A stretch of DNA of 64,000 bases. Origin: Sporopachydermia quercuum (Eukaryota). Positions 1 to 10,496 of this stretch are shown piece after piece (within the stretch, counting starts at the first letter, position 1; the number at the start of each line of letters is the position of its first letter). The position numbers and the translations under genes are program-made. The stretch is taken from the NCBI GenBank assembly GCA_001599295.1, contig BCGN01000002.1, positions 930,001 through 994,000 on the forward strand. Reading direction: 5' to 3'. The notes under the pieces were generated by a model, which worked only from the letters and a program-made list of their open reading frames with translations, was not told the DNA's origin and made no database searches.

Positions 1-471
1 AACTAAATGTGTTTCAAAACTTTCAAACCAAGTGAAANGAAAAGGATATAATGAAAGANAATATACACAACAAACTTTCTTCAAGGTATCTCTGATGCGA
101 AATATGTGAATCGAGAATTATGTAGAAAATTCAATTTATCTTAAATGGAAACCAAATTCTCGTTAACTCAGAGAGGGCTGCTGATTGAAATTAGATTTGC
201 CTTGGAGCTATTCATTCAAAGCTTAAGTTTGAAACGCAAGTTAAATAATCCGAAGTTTTTTCCGTTATAGGGACGTAATATAGGGGTAAGAGGATGTGAG
301 ATGCTAAAAGAAGTTGAATATTTGAAAAGATAAGGATTTTATATTGGAAAAAGAAAGAGATGCCAGTGTTAGTTGTCAATGTTGGATTGAACTACAAAGA
401 AAGAATGTACACTTTAGGTCATTTGGCTAGAGTTCTATAATATACAAAAGAATATGAATGCATCATAATAC

Positions 472-492
472 ATATATATATATATATATATA
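472..492. repeat. (AT)n microsatellite
   Basis: atatatatatatatatatata read directly. Confidence 0.9.
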
Positions 493-1575
493 GTGCAAGG
501 AGAATAGTGTGAGTTTATTTGCTACCCTACAATAGAACCAAAACAATATTTGGAAGCCATTAAATAATTAGTTAGATACTACATATTGATGAAAGAATAT
601 AATATAAAGAAAACATGGTTACGTGATTTAGCAGAGGAATCTTTGTTTAAGCTGACAATTGAGATATTTTATACCTTCAGAGACCAACAATTAACTATGT
701 AATGAGCAGAAGTCCAACAAAATCATATGCATCAACGNGTCTATTCAATCTAAAAAGCCTTTCATTAGATTAATTACTGAAAGTACACTAAAGCAATGTT
801 TCGTACATGTGAGATCTCAAATCATAAAAGTTGCAGTGTATGACAAACATTAAATTAATTACATACTGATTTCTTTGAGATCGTAGTCATTGTTATCGAC
901 TGTTGAGGAGACGAAACATGAAAGGGGACTTCTTAGTTACAGTTAATTAGGTGACCATTCCATGGTTACATCAATTGAGACAATGCCGCAAACCGGCGCA
1001 AAGATAGATTATCAGTTGAACGGTTCAATTTTGTTCTATTTAACATATTTTCGATACGTACTCCCTTATATAATTAGAATCTATTCTTTTGGTTTTCTTA
1101 GATCCAATGGAAGACTCATCTTATTGCATGAACGAAATGTTACTCCCCAAATAGCCAACAAAAAGAAATCACTAAAATTAGACATTGAAATAAAGTTGGG
1201 TCTACACTTTCCCCACTTTGACTTGTCAGGTGACCGGACATATTTTCTTATTTGCTGGAAGAGATGGATAAATGATGAATGGGCTGAATATGTATAATGG
1301 TCTATTATTTTGATCGTAAATACAAAGAGGGAAAACAGTGAAATCTCGATAATAGTAAGTCCGTAGTAAACATGCCTGGTATCCTAGAACTTTACTATGC
1401 GCTATGATGTCTACTTGATTAGGAGCTGATCGTTGTATAAAGTTAAATTGACACTCAAAGCGCTGAGCACGCTCAATTGACAGATGAGAGAACAGGCCGT
1501 ATATGCATGATGTATCTATTGTTTGCGGACACAGCTTCATTCGTTTATGGTCAATACTCTGTTATTTGAAACAAC

Positions 1576-2346
1576 TCATAGTTGATCAATTTTAGCAAAA
1601 TACTTGCTTGGGATTAGACCATCAGCATTACCGCCACTAAGAATTACACCATTTTCTGATCGGAAGAACTTAATTGAAGGTTCTTCAACTAGTAGTCTTT
1701 CATAATCCAAATATATTATCACATTTGCATTTCTTCTGAGTCCAGTAATGGTTTGATAATCAGGTGGAACCGATGCCGATTGGCTAGTTTTGTTGTTATA
1801 GTATGATGGAACCCCTTGAGCAAAATGTATGTGGTTTCTACCCATTCGACTAAGACCAGTTGCTTTGATTGACGCCAAATTTTTTCTATAAGTACCATGT
1901 ATTACAATTGGTTTGATTTCGTTATATAACAGTAATAACTCGTCTTCAGTCATGTTATCTTTCCTGTTTTTCTGCTTATAGTCTTCTATAACATCAATTG
2001 GAAGGAAATCCACAGGTTGTTTAAGTTCTTTCAATAACAGCTCATCTTCTATAATTTTTATAGAATGACCTTGACGAGCACGAATCTTCGTCCGCCCAGT
2101 ACTTTCATCGGTTCCCAACTCAAATCTTTTCTTATCATTGTTGGCAACAACTCTTTCAATATCTGTCACTGTTGTTTTCAAGCTCTTAAGCCTATTGTGT
2201 GCTAGAATATCATTCAGATCAATAAACCCATCTGGAGATATCTTCAGGTTCTCTTTCACAGCTCCGTGTCTTAATAAATATGATAATGATTTTGAGACTT
2301 TGACATCTCTGTCTTTCTGTATATCTCTATTGTTTGGCTTCGACAT
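1576..2346 (-). CDS. TPT1: tRNA 2'-phosphotransferase (Tpt1/KptA family)
   Basis: Motifs SKSLSYLLRHGA, NDKKRF, IRARQGHS, HGT, GLSRMGRNHIHF, SENGVIL. Start placed at ATG 2346 (MSKPNN); an in-frame upstream ATG at 2424 is possible. Confidence 0.92.
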   Translation of the reverse strand: MSKPNNRDIQKDRDVKVSKSLSYLLRHGAVKENLKISPDGFIDLNDILAHNRLKSLKTTVTDIERVVANNDKKRFELGTDESTGRTKIRARQGHSIKIIEDELLLKELKQPVDFLPIDVIEDYKQKNRKDNMTEDELLLLYNEIKPIVIHGTYRKNLASIKATGLSRMGRNHIHFAQGVPSYYNNKTSQSASVPPDYQTITGLRRNANVIIYLDYERLLVEEPSIKFFRSENGVILSGGNADGLIPSKYFAKIDQL

Positions 2347-3370
2347 TAGAGTCCTCACTATTACCCTCTGAATTGATATAAAAACTCTTGCTTCTCTGTA
2401 AGATCTTGTTAATGAAATAGACATTCATTTATTCCATCTAAAATTCTCTATTGTATCACTTCCTTCTTACCCAATATGCTGTAAAGTCAAACTCAATTGA
2501 ATCCTACGTAACAACTTCCTCTTTCCTTATACAAGTTCCCACTCTTTCTCAACATATTCACCAATCCTCATAATATACTAACTTCATTGGTCTGTTATGA
2601 CTCATACAACTGCCACTGAACTTCTCCTTATTTCTTGCTTAATCTATACTTTGCGATTTCAAAAACCCAATAATCTCTTCATGTTAATAAAAGAGAATAT
2701 GTATGGCGTCTCATTTCAAGGCACCCAAAAAGAAAAGAAAAGTACTAATTTAGAAAAACAAAATCACGTGCCACCCATCCACCTAACAATTTNTCTCATT
2801 GGCACCAACACCACAAGAATAAAAACAACCATAAACGCCAAAAAATCATAGTTGAGTATTTTAACAAGTTGAAGAAGATCAAATGAAAGTATATGTTTCA
2901 TAACGCAAAGGGACGCGTCAGATTTAGTTGTACTGATTATGAAATACGGTTTGAAAAGAACCATAGAAACTTAATAAACAACACTTCTGTTAAGGTAATA
3001 AAATCTGACTAGCTAGCAGTTGGTCCAGATATTATTTTATATTGGAAGTCATTTTGGATTAATTGTTGCGTTACAGGTGTTTAGTCAGAAGGTCATAAGC
3101 TGAATCAAGGTGCGTAAAATAATGCCGGTTATATGAGTTGATTCAATTAAAAAAGCTTGACCAATTTGAAGATATATTGAAAATCTGTCTGTATTCTATA
3201 AAATCACTAGAAACTATTGACAAGAGACACAGGTGATTGGGAAGAATTTGAGTTGATTTTGAGCTATTTGTTCTTGTTGCGGATACCATCGACTTTAAGC
3301 AAAGAACTGGAAAAGGATCTTCGTCAGATTCTATTGTATCGTATAAAGAGTACCAATATTATTACTCATC

Positions 3371-6300
3371 ATGTCAAGTAATGGACATTTAACACCAAGG
3401 CTACCGCTTGCAGCTCCTGTTGCAAGATCTAATGTTGGAACTACATCAGTGATAGCCCCTTCTGATACGAGTATTGATCCATCAGTAGTACCTCAACCTC
3501 CACCAATTATTTTCAATATACCATATCCCAAGACTGCTGAAGATACCAGGCTGTTGCTTCTGAGATATAGAACATTAGGGGAAGTCCGATCTCCTCCAAT
3601 AAAAGTTGTTAGCGAAATGGAAGCAATCTATAAAGTTCTACAACAAATCAGTCAACAACAAAGAGCTTACAAGAAAAGACTAGCACGACTTAAAGCAAAA
3701 GTGCAAGAGAAAAGCAATGATTCACATAAATTAAATACACCGACACTAAAGGCTCAACTTGAAGCATTTAAGCTCATGTCTCATGATATAGATATACCTA
3801 TATCTTTGAAAAAGATTGTGAAAGACACAAGTAAGACCAAAAGCAAATCATCAGGTAACTCTGCCGAGTCTCATCTCCTATCACCTAATATAGAGGAACT
3901 CATAAAATCAAAGATTTCAGCACGTATGGCTGACTTAGAATCGTTACCATCAAACATTGGAACATTCAGTTTCACAGAGGAACCAGTTTTGAAACCAGCT
4001 GATGATGTACTGCCTGAAGCTGACCGTTTGCGTATTCGAGCTCTAATAGAATTGAAGCAATTGAGACTGTTAGGGCAACAGAAGTACCTACGTCAACAGT
4101 TATTACTCGCCTCAGCTAATTCAACAACATTCAACGATGAGTTTTCTTTCAGTAGTCGAAGACTTTTGAACAGATCTCTTAATTATAGAGCCAAATCNCG
4201 TTCAACACAAGTAGCTAAACTTTTAGAGCAGTTAGAACAACAAAGGAAACTTGATAAAGAAAGACGTAAGAGAGAAGCTCAGTTTAAACTCTTGAGACAT
4301 GTTTTGTCTACTAGTGATGAGGTTATTGAATCGGGTCGTCGAAATAGAGATAAAAGAGCTATTTTATTCAAAAGCGTATTGGCGTTCCATGCTCAAACTG
4401 AAAAAGATGAAGCTAAGAAGCTTGAAAAGACCGCAAAACAACGTTTGGCTGCATTGAAATCCAACGACGAAGAAGCTTACCTGAAGCTCTTAGATCAGAC
4501 TAAGGATACGAGACTGACTCACTTATTGAAACAGACGAACTCCTTCTTAGATTCGTTGGCAGAGAAAGTTAAAGTCCAACAAGCTGAGACATTGGAACTT
4601 GCTAAAAACAATAGAAGGATTGATGAAATTGATGGAAACAATGATTTAAGTGATAACGAAGAAGAGAATGCTGGTGACAATGGGAAGATTGATTATTACA
4701 AAGTGGCTCATAAGATTCAAGAAGAAGTCACAGCTCAACCTTCAATTTTGATTGGTGGTCAATTGAAAGAGTATCAAATTAAAGGATTACAGTGGATGGT
4801 TTCTTTGTATAATAACCACTTGAATGGTATTTTAGCTGATGAAATGGGTCTTGGTAAAACAATTCAATCGTTGTCATTAATCACTTATCTCATTGAAAAG
4901 AAACACAATCCTGGTCCTTATTTGGTGATTGTTCCTTTAAGTACTATTACGAATTGGACATTAGAATTTGAGAAATGGGCTCCCACCGTTAAAAAGATTG
5001 TTTATAAAGGAGCACCACCTGCAAGAAAGGTTCTTCAACAACAAATAAGATCAGGTAATTTCAATGTTGTATTAACAACTTATGAGTATATTATCAAAGA
5101 TAGACCAATTTTAGCAAGAATCAAATGGGAACACATGATTATGGATGAAGGTCATAGATTAAAGAACACCCAATCTAAGTTATCAGCAACGTTGACTCAA
5201 TACTATACTACTAAGTATAGACTCATTTTAACAGGTACTCCTTTACAGAATAACCTGCCAGAATTATGGGCTTTGCTTAATTTTGTTTTACCAAAGATTT
5301 TCAATTCTGTCAAGACGTTTGACGAATGGTTTAATACTCCTTTTGCTAATACTGGTGGTCAAGATAAAATGGAGTTAACAGAAGAAGAGACTTTATTGAT
5401 TATTCGTCGTTTGCACAAGGTGTTAAGACCATTTTTGCTGCGTCGTTTGAAACGAGATGTGGAGAAGGATTTACCTGACAAAGTTGAAAAAGTTATAAAA
5501 TGTAAAATGTCTGCATTACAATCAAAGCTTTACTCACAAATGTTGTTATATAATGCTTTATTTGTTGGATCTCAAACCGATGAAAATGGAGTTGTGACCT
5601 CGTCAGGAATCAAAGGTGTTAATAATAAGATTATGCAGCTTCGAAAGATTTGTAATCATCCTTATTGTTATGATGAAGTTGAAGGCGCCTTAGTGAAAGA
5701 TCCAAAGAAACCATACAATATTGATAACATCTGGAGAACATCTGGAAAGTTTGAGTTATTAGATCGTGTTTTACCCAAATTTGAAAGAAGTGGACATAGA
5801 GTATTGATGTTCTTCCAAATGACTCAAGTAATGGATATAATGGAAGATTATTTAACTTATAGAGGAGTCCAATATTTGAGACTTGATGGACAAACGAAAG
5901 CAGAAGACAGAACTTCTATGCTGAAGGAATTCAATGCTCCTGATTCTCCTTATTTCTGTTTCCTTCTATCCACACGTGCTGGTGGGTTGGGATTAAATCT
6001 TCAAACAGCTGATACTGTTATTATTTATGACTCTGATTGGAATCCACATCAAGATCTTCAAGCTCAAGACAGAGCTCATCGTATCGGTCAAAAGAATGAA
6101 GTTCGTATTTTACGGTTAATTGTTGAAGACTCAGTCGAAGAAGTTATCTTGGAACGTGCTATGCAAAAACTTGATATTGATGGGAAAGTTATTCAAGCCG
6201 GTAAGTTTGATAACAAGAGTACAGCTGAGGAACAAGAAGCTTTCTTGAGAAAGTTGATCGAAGCGGAAGAATCAAAGCGTGAGAATAATCAACAAGATCC

Positions 6301-7234
6301 CGATGAGTTTGATGATGATGAGTTGAATGAAATTCTAGCTAGAAGTGATTATGAGCAAGATCTTTTCAAACAAATTGACTTAGAACGTGAAAACGAATCA
6401 AAATATGTTAAGCCCGGTGCCACCGCATTAGGCAAGAATCCTGAAAATCTACCTGAAAGACTTATGGTGTATGATGAGATGCCAGATGTATTCAAGGAAG
6501 ATATTAGGGAGCATTTACAACCAACATCCAATGAACCGTTAGGTAGAGGTGCTAGAGAAAGAAAACGTGTTTTCTATGATGATGGGCTAACAGAAGATCA
6601 ATGGCTTGATGCTATTGATGCTGCTGTTGAAGCTGAAAAGCAAGAAGAAGAGCCTGAAAATGGAGCCTATGATTCAGATTCCAATGCTAAAATTGATGAT
6701 GCTGTTAAAAAGAAAAGATCAAGATTGGATTTTCTTCGGAGAAGAAGGATGGCCAAAAAAAATGGGGAAGATTTACCTGATGAAGAAGATTTTGGTGACG
6801 ATGATGATACTGAAGGTGAGGTATCAAATCCACCGTCCACGAAGCGTCAAAAGGTTGCTAATGGTGAAGATAAATCTGCCGACAATACAATTGCTGTTGT
6901 CAATGATCCATTGAAAAAGGAGTTAAGAGGTATTATGGAGAAGCTATCAGAATTGAAGGACGAAAATGGAAGATCAAGAACAGAGATATTCTTAAAGCTT
7001 CCATCAAGAAGATTTTACAGAGATTATTATAAAATAATTAAGAAACCAGTGTCGATCAATCAGATTGTACAAAGAATTGATGACGGCGTTTATACTACGA
7101 TAGATGATTTTGCTAGCGATGTTGAATTAATGGTAAAAAATGCTCAAACGTATAATGAGCCTGAGTCGTTTGTATATACCGATTCTCAGATTATTCAGCA
7201 AACGTTGCATGAACTGCTTTCTTCTGTACAATAG
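3371..7234 (+). CDS. STH1: Snf2-family chromatin remodelling ATPase with HSA domain and C-terminal bromodomain (RSC catalytic subunit type)
   Basis: LKSNDEEAYLKLLDQTKDTR, GILADEMGLGKT, DEGH, QAQDRAHRIGQ, bromodomain LPSRRFYRDYYKIIKKP...NAQTYN. Short N-terminus and 1287 aa fit Sth1 better than Snf2. Confidence 0.88.
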   Translation: MSSNGHLTPRLPLAAPVARSNVGTTSVIAPSDTSIDPSVVPQPPPIIFNIPYPKTAEDTRLLLLRYRTLGEVRSPPIKVVSEMEAIYKVLQQISQQQRAYKKRLARLKAKVQEKSNDSHKLNTPTLKAQLEAFKLMSHDIDIPISLKKIVKDTSKTKSKSSGNSAESHLLSPNIEELIKSKISARMADLESLPSNIGTFSFTEEPVLKPADDVLPEADRLRIRALIELKQLRLLGQQKYLRQQLLLASANSTTFNDEFSFSSRRLLNRSLNYRAKXRSTQVAKLLEQLEQQRKLDKERRKREAQFKLLRHVLSTSDEVIESGRRNRDKRAILFKSVLAFHAQTEKDEAKKLEKTAKQRLAALKSNDEEAYLKLLDQTKDTRLTHLLKQTNSFLDSLAEKVKVQQAETLELAKNNRRIDEIDGNNDLSDNEEENAGDNGKIDYYKVAHKIQEEVTAQPSILIGGQLKEYQIKGLQWMVSLYNNHLNGILADEMGLGKTIQSLSLITYLIEKKHNPGPYLVIVPLSTITNWTLEFEKWAPTVKKIVYKGAPPARKVLQQQIRSGNFNVVLTTYEYIIKDRPILARIKWEHMIMDEGHRLKNTQSKLSATLTQYYTTKYRLILTGTPLQNNLPELWALLNFVLPKIFNSVKTFDEWFNTPFANTGGQDKMELTEEETLLIIRRLHKVLRPFLLRRLKRDVEKDLPDKVEKVIKCKMSALQSKLYSQMLLYNALFVGSQTDENGVVTSSGIKGVNNKIMQLRKICNHPYCYDEVEGALVKDPKKPYNIDNIWRTSGKFELLDRVLPKFERSGHRVLMFFQMTQVMDIMEDYLTYRGVQYLRLDGQTKAEDRTSMLKEFNAPDSPYFCFLLSTRAGGLGLNLQTADTVIIYDSDWNPHQDLQAQDRAHRIGQKNEVRILRLIVEDSVEEVILERAMQKLDIDGKVIQAGKFDNKSTAEEQEAFLRKLIEAEESKRENNQQDPDEFDDDELNEILARSDYEQDLFKQIDLERENESKYVKPGATALGKNPENLPERLMVYDEMPDVFKEDIREHLQPTSNEPLGRGARERKRVFYDDGLTEDQWLDAIDAAVEAEKQEEEPENGAYDSDSNAKIDDAVKKKRSRLDFLRRRRMAKKNGEDLPDEEDFGDDDDTEGEVSNPPSTKRQKVANGEDKSADNTIAVVNDPLKKELRGIMEKLSELKDENGRSRTEIFLKLPSRRFYRDYYKIIKKPVSINQIVQRIDDGVYTTIDDFASDVELMVKNAQTYNEPESFVYTDSQIIQQTLHELLSSVQ

Positions 7235-7370
7235 GCAATTAATATAGTATATGTAATGTAGTATCGGAATACACAGGATACTTAGTTCACATACTTAAAT
7301 AGAATAAATATATGTAGTGAAATTAGGATGAAATTAATGCTGATATCAGTAATTGTCCTTCCATTTTCTA

Positions 7371-8675
7371 TCAGTCGTACGATTCTAATGAAACTGATGT
7401 GTTCATTTTGGTAGCTGCATCATTAGACGAGGCATATGGTGAATCGTCACTTGGATGAGATGTTGAGAAACTGCCACTGTTCAGAGGTTTCCAGTTCTTG
7501 AGTCTATTCTGGTAAAAGCTGTCGGTTTGATTGTCTTGACTGATATGGGTTGTACAACTCTCATACTCATCTTGGGAACTATCCACATATCTGACCTTTC
7601 CATCAGAGATATTCTTGTGCACCATAGGAGGGTAAATATGCTGTTTGCTAGCCTTTGATTTTAAGATATATGCCGTATCTGACAATGATGGTTTCATCTT
7701 TACATTTTCCTTTCCATGCTCATACTTCGTTTTTGAACTTGAGTGATGCTTCTGTTGTTTATCACTATCACTTCTCTTCACAAGCTTCCTTTCCAGAAGC
7801 TTCAAAAGTTTAGCTTCTTTAGTATCCAGTATCTCCCTGAACAAAGAAGTATGTTCATTTGACTTCTTATATGTATCATCAAAGTCGTCTGCGTGATCTT
7901 GCGAATGCGGTTCTCTTGCTGTCAAATGGTGGATCTCTGACGTTCTATGTTTTTTGTTATAGATCTGATGTTGATCCACCAATTTTGATGGCAAATACTT
8001 CAGTTTTTCTTCATGTTTCAGCCAAACCATTATTTGAGAGAACGCTGTAGCAAGAATCAATACTGGATCAGTTTTCCCTTCATCAATCAGCACAGTAATT
8101 TCAGTTTGTTTCTTGTCATTTGCTCCAACTCTTGCTAATCTTTCACATATCACATCATGATCAGGAAGGTGCACTTTTGTTATCCTTTCTAAATATCCAG
8201 TTTGAAAACTCCACCGATAAGAAGTTTGAGCATTCCCTCTTGAAGTTTTGAATTCTGATATTCTACCCGAATCTTTAGGCACCAGCCTTATGGATTGTCT
8301 ATTGTGTTCTTCCTCGCATAAATCAACTGAGCATGATGAACCTACATGGGCAACAGATATAATAGCAACATCAGATTTAGAATGGCGTGCGTGCGAATCA
8401 ACCATTGAATAACGTTTTGCCCCAACAGATATCACATCAGGGTTCTTACATGGAAGGATATTATAAATTAATTTCCCCAACGAATCGAAAATTTGAAATG
8501 TATCCAATGAACACCTGCGGATTGTGTACACGCAAGGGTTCTTTGATAACGGAATCGTGTATCCAGATTCACTGACATTGGATATTTTGCGTGCCTTATG
8601 AATTCCAATTGCTCCTGTAACTAGGGATATAGTACCAACTCCTGAGAACACTAGAATGGGAACAACTATATCCAT
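7371..8675 (-). CDS. Hypothetical protein: N-terminal hydrophobic anchor, ~200-aa beta-rich domain, low-complexity His/Lys/Ser tail
   Basis: 434-aa ATG-initiated ORF filling the STH1-PAC1 gap; no family confidently recognised. Confidence 0.75.
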   Translation of the reverse strand: MDIVVPILVFSGVGTISLVTGAIGIHKARKISNVSESGYTIPLSKNPCVYTIRRCSLDTFQIFDSLGKLIYNILPCKNPDVISVGAKRYSMVDSHARHSKSDVAIISVAHVGSSCSVDLCEEEHNRQSIRLVPKDSGRISEFKTSRGNAQTSYRWSFQTGYLERITKVHLPDHDVICERLARVGANDKKQTEITVLIDEGKTDPVLILATAFSQIMVWLKHEEKLKYLPSKLVDQHQIYNKKHRTSEIHHLTAREPHSQDHADDFDDTYKKSNEHTSLFREILDTKEAKLLKLLERKLVKRSDSDKQQKHHSSSKTKYEHGKENVKMKPSLSDTAYILKSKASKQHIYPPMVHKNISDGKVRYVDSSQDEYESCTTHISQDNQTDSFYQNRLKNWKPLNSGSFSTSHPSDDSPYASSNDAATKMNTSVSLESYD

Positions 8676-9104
8676 GATAGCAAGTAAATGTTATAACTCT
8701 TAGGTAGTGTGGCTATTTGTTGAAGCAGTAAAACCAGCCAGTAATACAATATATTAACCTTTCTGTTTAGTATTATTCTTTCATTGATTTCTAACGTACA
8801 TATATAATACAACCTGAGAGGCAGAAAGTGAGAATATGAATGAATGAATAGCGGCAAATAAAGCCAGGAAATGCACAATTCACACAGATATAAAAGGAAA
8901 TGCGATGACATGGGGTATCAAGTTTTGAATTGTTTGGCTCACAAAACAGAATATTTATTTTGTGGAGCAAGACAAAACTGATACAGAAGCACGACACGTT
9001 GCAACATGATTACAAACAGAACTGTTGTTTTGTGGACTATGATGACAATCACAACGACGATGATTTCATAACTCAATATTACATATTGTAGTAATACAGG
9101 TAGC

Positions 9105-10496
9105 TTATTTCCAGACTCTTATAGTTGTATCAACACTCCCACTGACAATGAATCTTCTTATTTGGTGAGATAGCGTATCAGTAGATTGAAGCGGGTTCGC
9201 TATGGGAGGAGCTACAACTGTTGAAACAAATTTATCATGACCTTTCAGTGTCTTTGTTTTACGAATTTGACAATCAGTTATACTCCAGACAATGATAGTG
9301 TGATCATCAGAACAGGAAAAAAAGAATTTACCGCCAGGATGAAATGTCAGACTTCGTACCCAAGATGTATGAGCAGTCAGCTGAGCAAGAACAACAGGAC
9401 CACCGGCCGTAAGTTCTTTGTGCTGTTGTGAAACTTGTCCATCTGATCCAGGAGGAGGTGGTAGCAGCCATACTATTATTGTTGTATCTCTTGAACCAGT
9501 CAGCGCATATTTGTATGAAAGTTTAATTGAAGAGTAGTCAGACTCTTCTGTTGTATCAGTAATCCCTGCGATAGCATCTAGATAGCTCCAAGACTGTGGG
9601 GGAGCAAATATACCGGTTTCTATCACATGCGTGTGCCCTATCAGATTACAGACTCCTTTTCCAGTAACTAAAGATGATACACGGCCTGACTGATCAGATG
9701 ATACAGATAATACATATTCCGGTGTTACGGCCGGCAATGGCGAAGGATCGATGCTACGAACCCAATCAGAATGACCAACGATTGTTTTCAAGCAAAATCC
9801 GGACTCTGTATCCCATAGTTTTAGGGACCTATCTCTGGAACATGATAACAATAGGGATGGGGTTGTATTAGTGAATCTCACGCATGATATTGTATGATCG
9901 TGGCCTGTCAGGGTTTTATTATGAGTTAGGTTTTGAGTGGTATAGAGATTAATGTGTAGATCAGATGATGCAGATGCAAGAAGTATTGAGGAGTTATTAG
10001 AGAATGCAAAAGATAAAGATGTAATGGCTTTGCTATGAGCCCGTTTCGTTTGTAGTGGTTGATCAGGTAAATCAAGATCCCAAAGTTTGAGTATTCCATC
10101 GTCTGATCCAGACGCCAGAATGTTCAAGTAAGGATGAATTGCTAGCGATGTAATCGGCGTCCTGTGAGAAGAGAGCGTTATTGATGTGGATGGTACCCAA
10201 TTTAATGATGATATAGTAACATTATTTCCTGGATGTCTAAATGGATCGTTAAGCTGTTCTATTAAATCTTTGTTCGCCTCTTCTAAATCCAGTATTTTTT
10301 TCTGTAGTCTGATTATTGATGCCCATTTCTTCTCTAATAACTGCGACGATCGCGTCAAAGAAGATGAGTCTTCAATAGGATCAACTTCTAATATTGAAGC
10401 CAAAGACTTCCATTGGTCTTCAGGAACCTTTTCCTGTAAATATGACAGAATTGCCGCGTGCAGATCATGTTGCTGGTTTGGAGTAAGTAGAGACAT
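9105..10496 (-). CDS. PAC1: LIS1/NudF dynein regulator (LisH, coiled coil, WD40)
   Basis: LTPNQQHDLHAAILSYL, LLEKKWASIIRLQKKILDLE, WD repeats (GHDHTIS, GHSDWVR); divergent from HRK1 as in S. cerevisiae. Confidence 0.95.
   Translation of the reverse strand: MSLLTPNQQHDLHAAILSYLQEKVPEDQWKSLASILEVDPIEDSSSLTRSSQLLEKKWASIIRLQKKILDLEEANKDLIEQLNDPFRHPGNNVTISSLNWVPSTSITLSSHRTPITSLAIHPYLNILASGSDDGILKLWDLDLPDQPLQTKRAHSKAITSLSFAFSNNSSILLASASSDLHINLYTTQNLTHNKTLTGHDHTISCVRFTNTTPSLLLSCSRDRSLKLWDTESGFCLKTIVGHSDWVRSIDPSPLPAVTPEYVLSVSSDQSGRVSSLVTGKGVCNLIGHTHVIETGIFAPPQSWSYLDAIAGITDTTEESDYSSIKLSYKYALTGSRDTTIIVWLLPPPPGSDGQVSQQHKELTAGGPVVLAQLTAHTSWVRSLTFHPGGKFFFSCSDDHTIIVWSITDCQIRKTKTLKGHDKFVSTVVAPPIANPLQSTDTLSHQIRRFIVSGSVDTTIRVWK

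Noticed and set aside
1272..1430. Box C (ATGATGA) and CTGA motifs suggesting a C/D snoRNA
   Set aside because: Spacing is wrong (CTGA ~6 nt after box C), with no terminal stem or rRNA guide recognised
962..1540. Overlapping 111-aa (+) and 104-aa (-) ORFs
   Set aside because: No recognisable motifs, they overlap each other, and composition is typical of chance ORFs
2597..2605. Perfect Gcn4 site ATGACTCAT between TPT1 and STH1
   Set aside because: Real match, but a single site with no functional link to either neighbour
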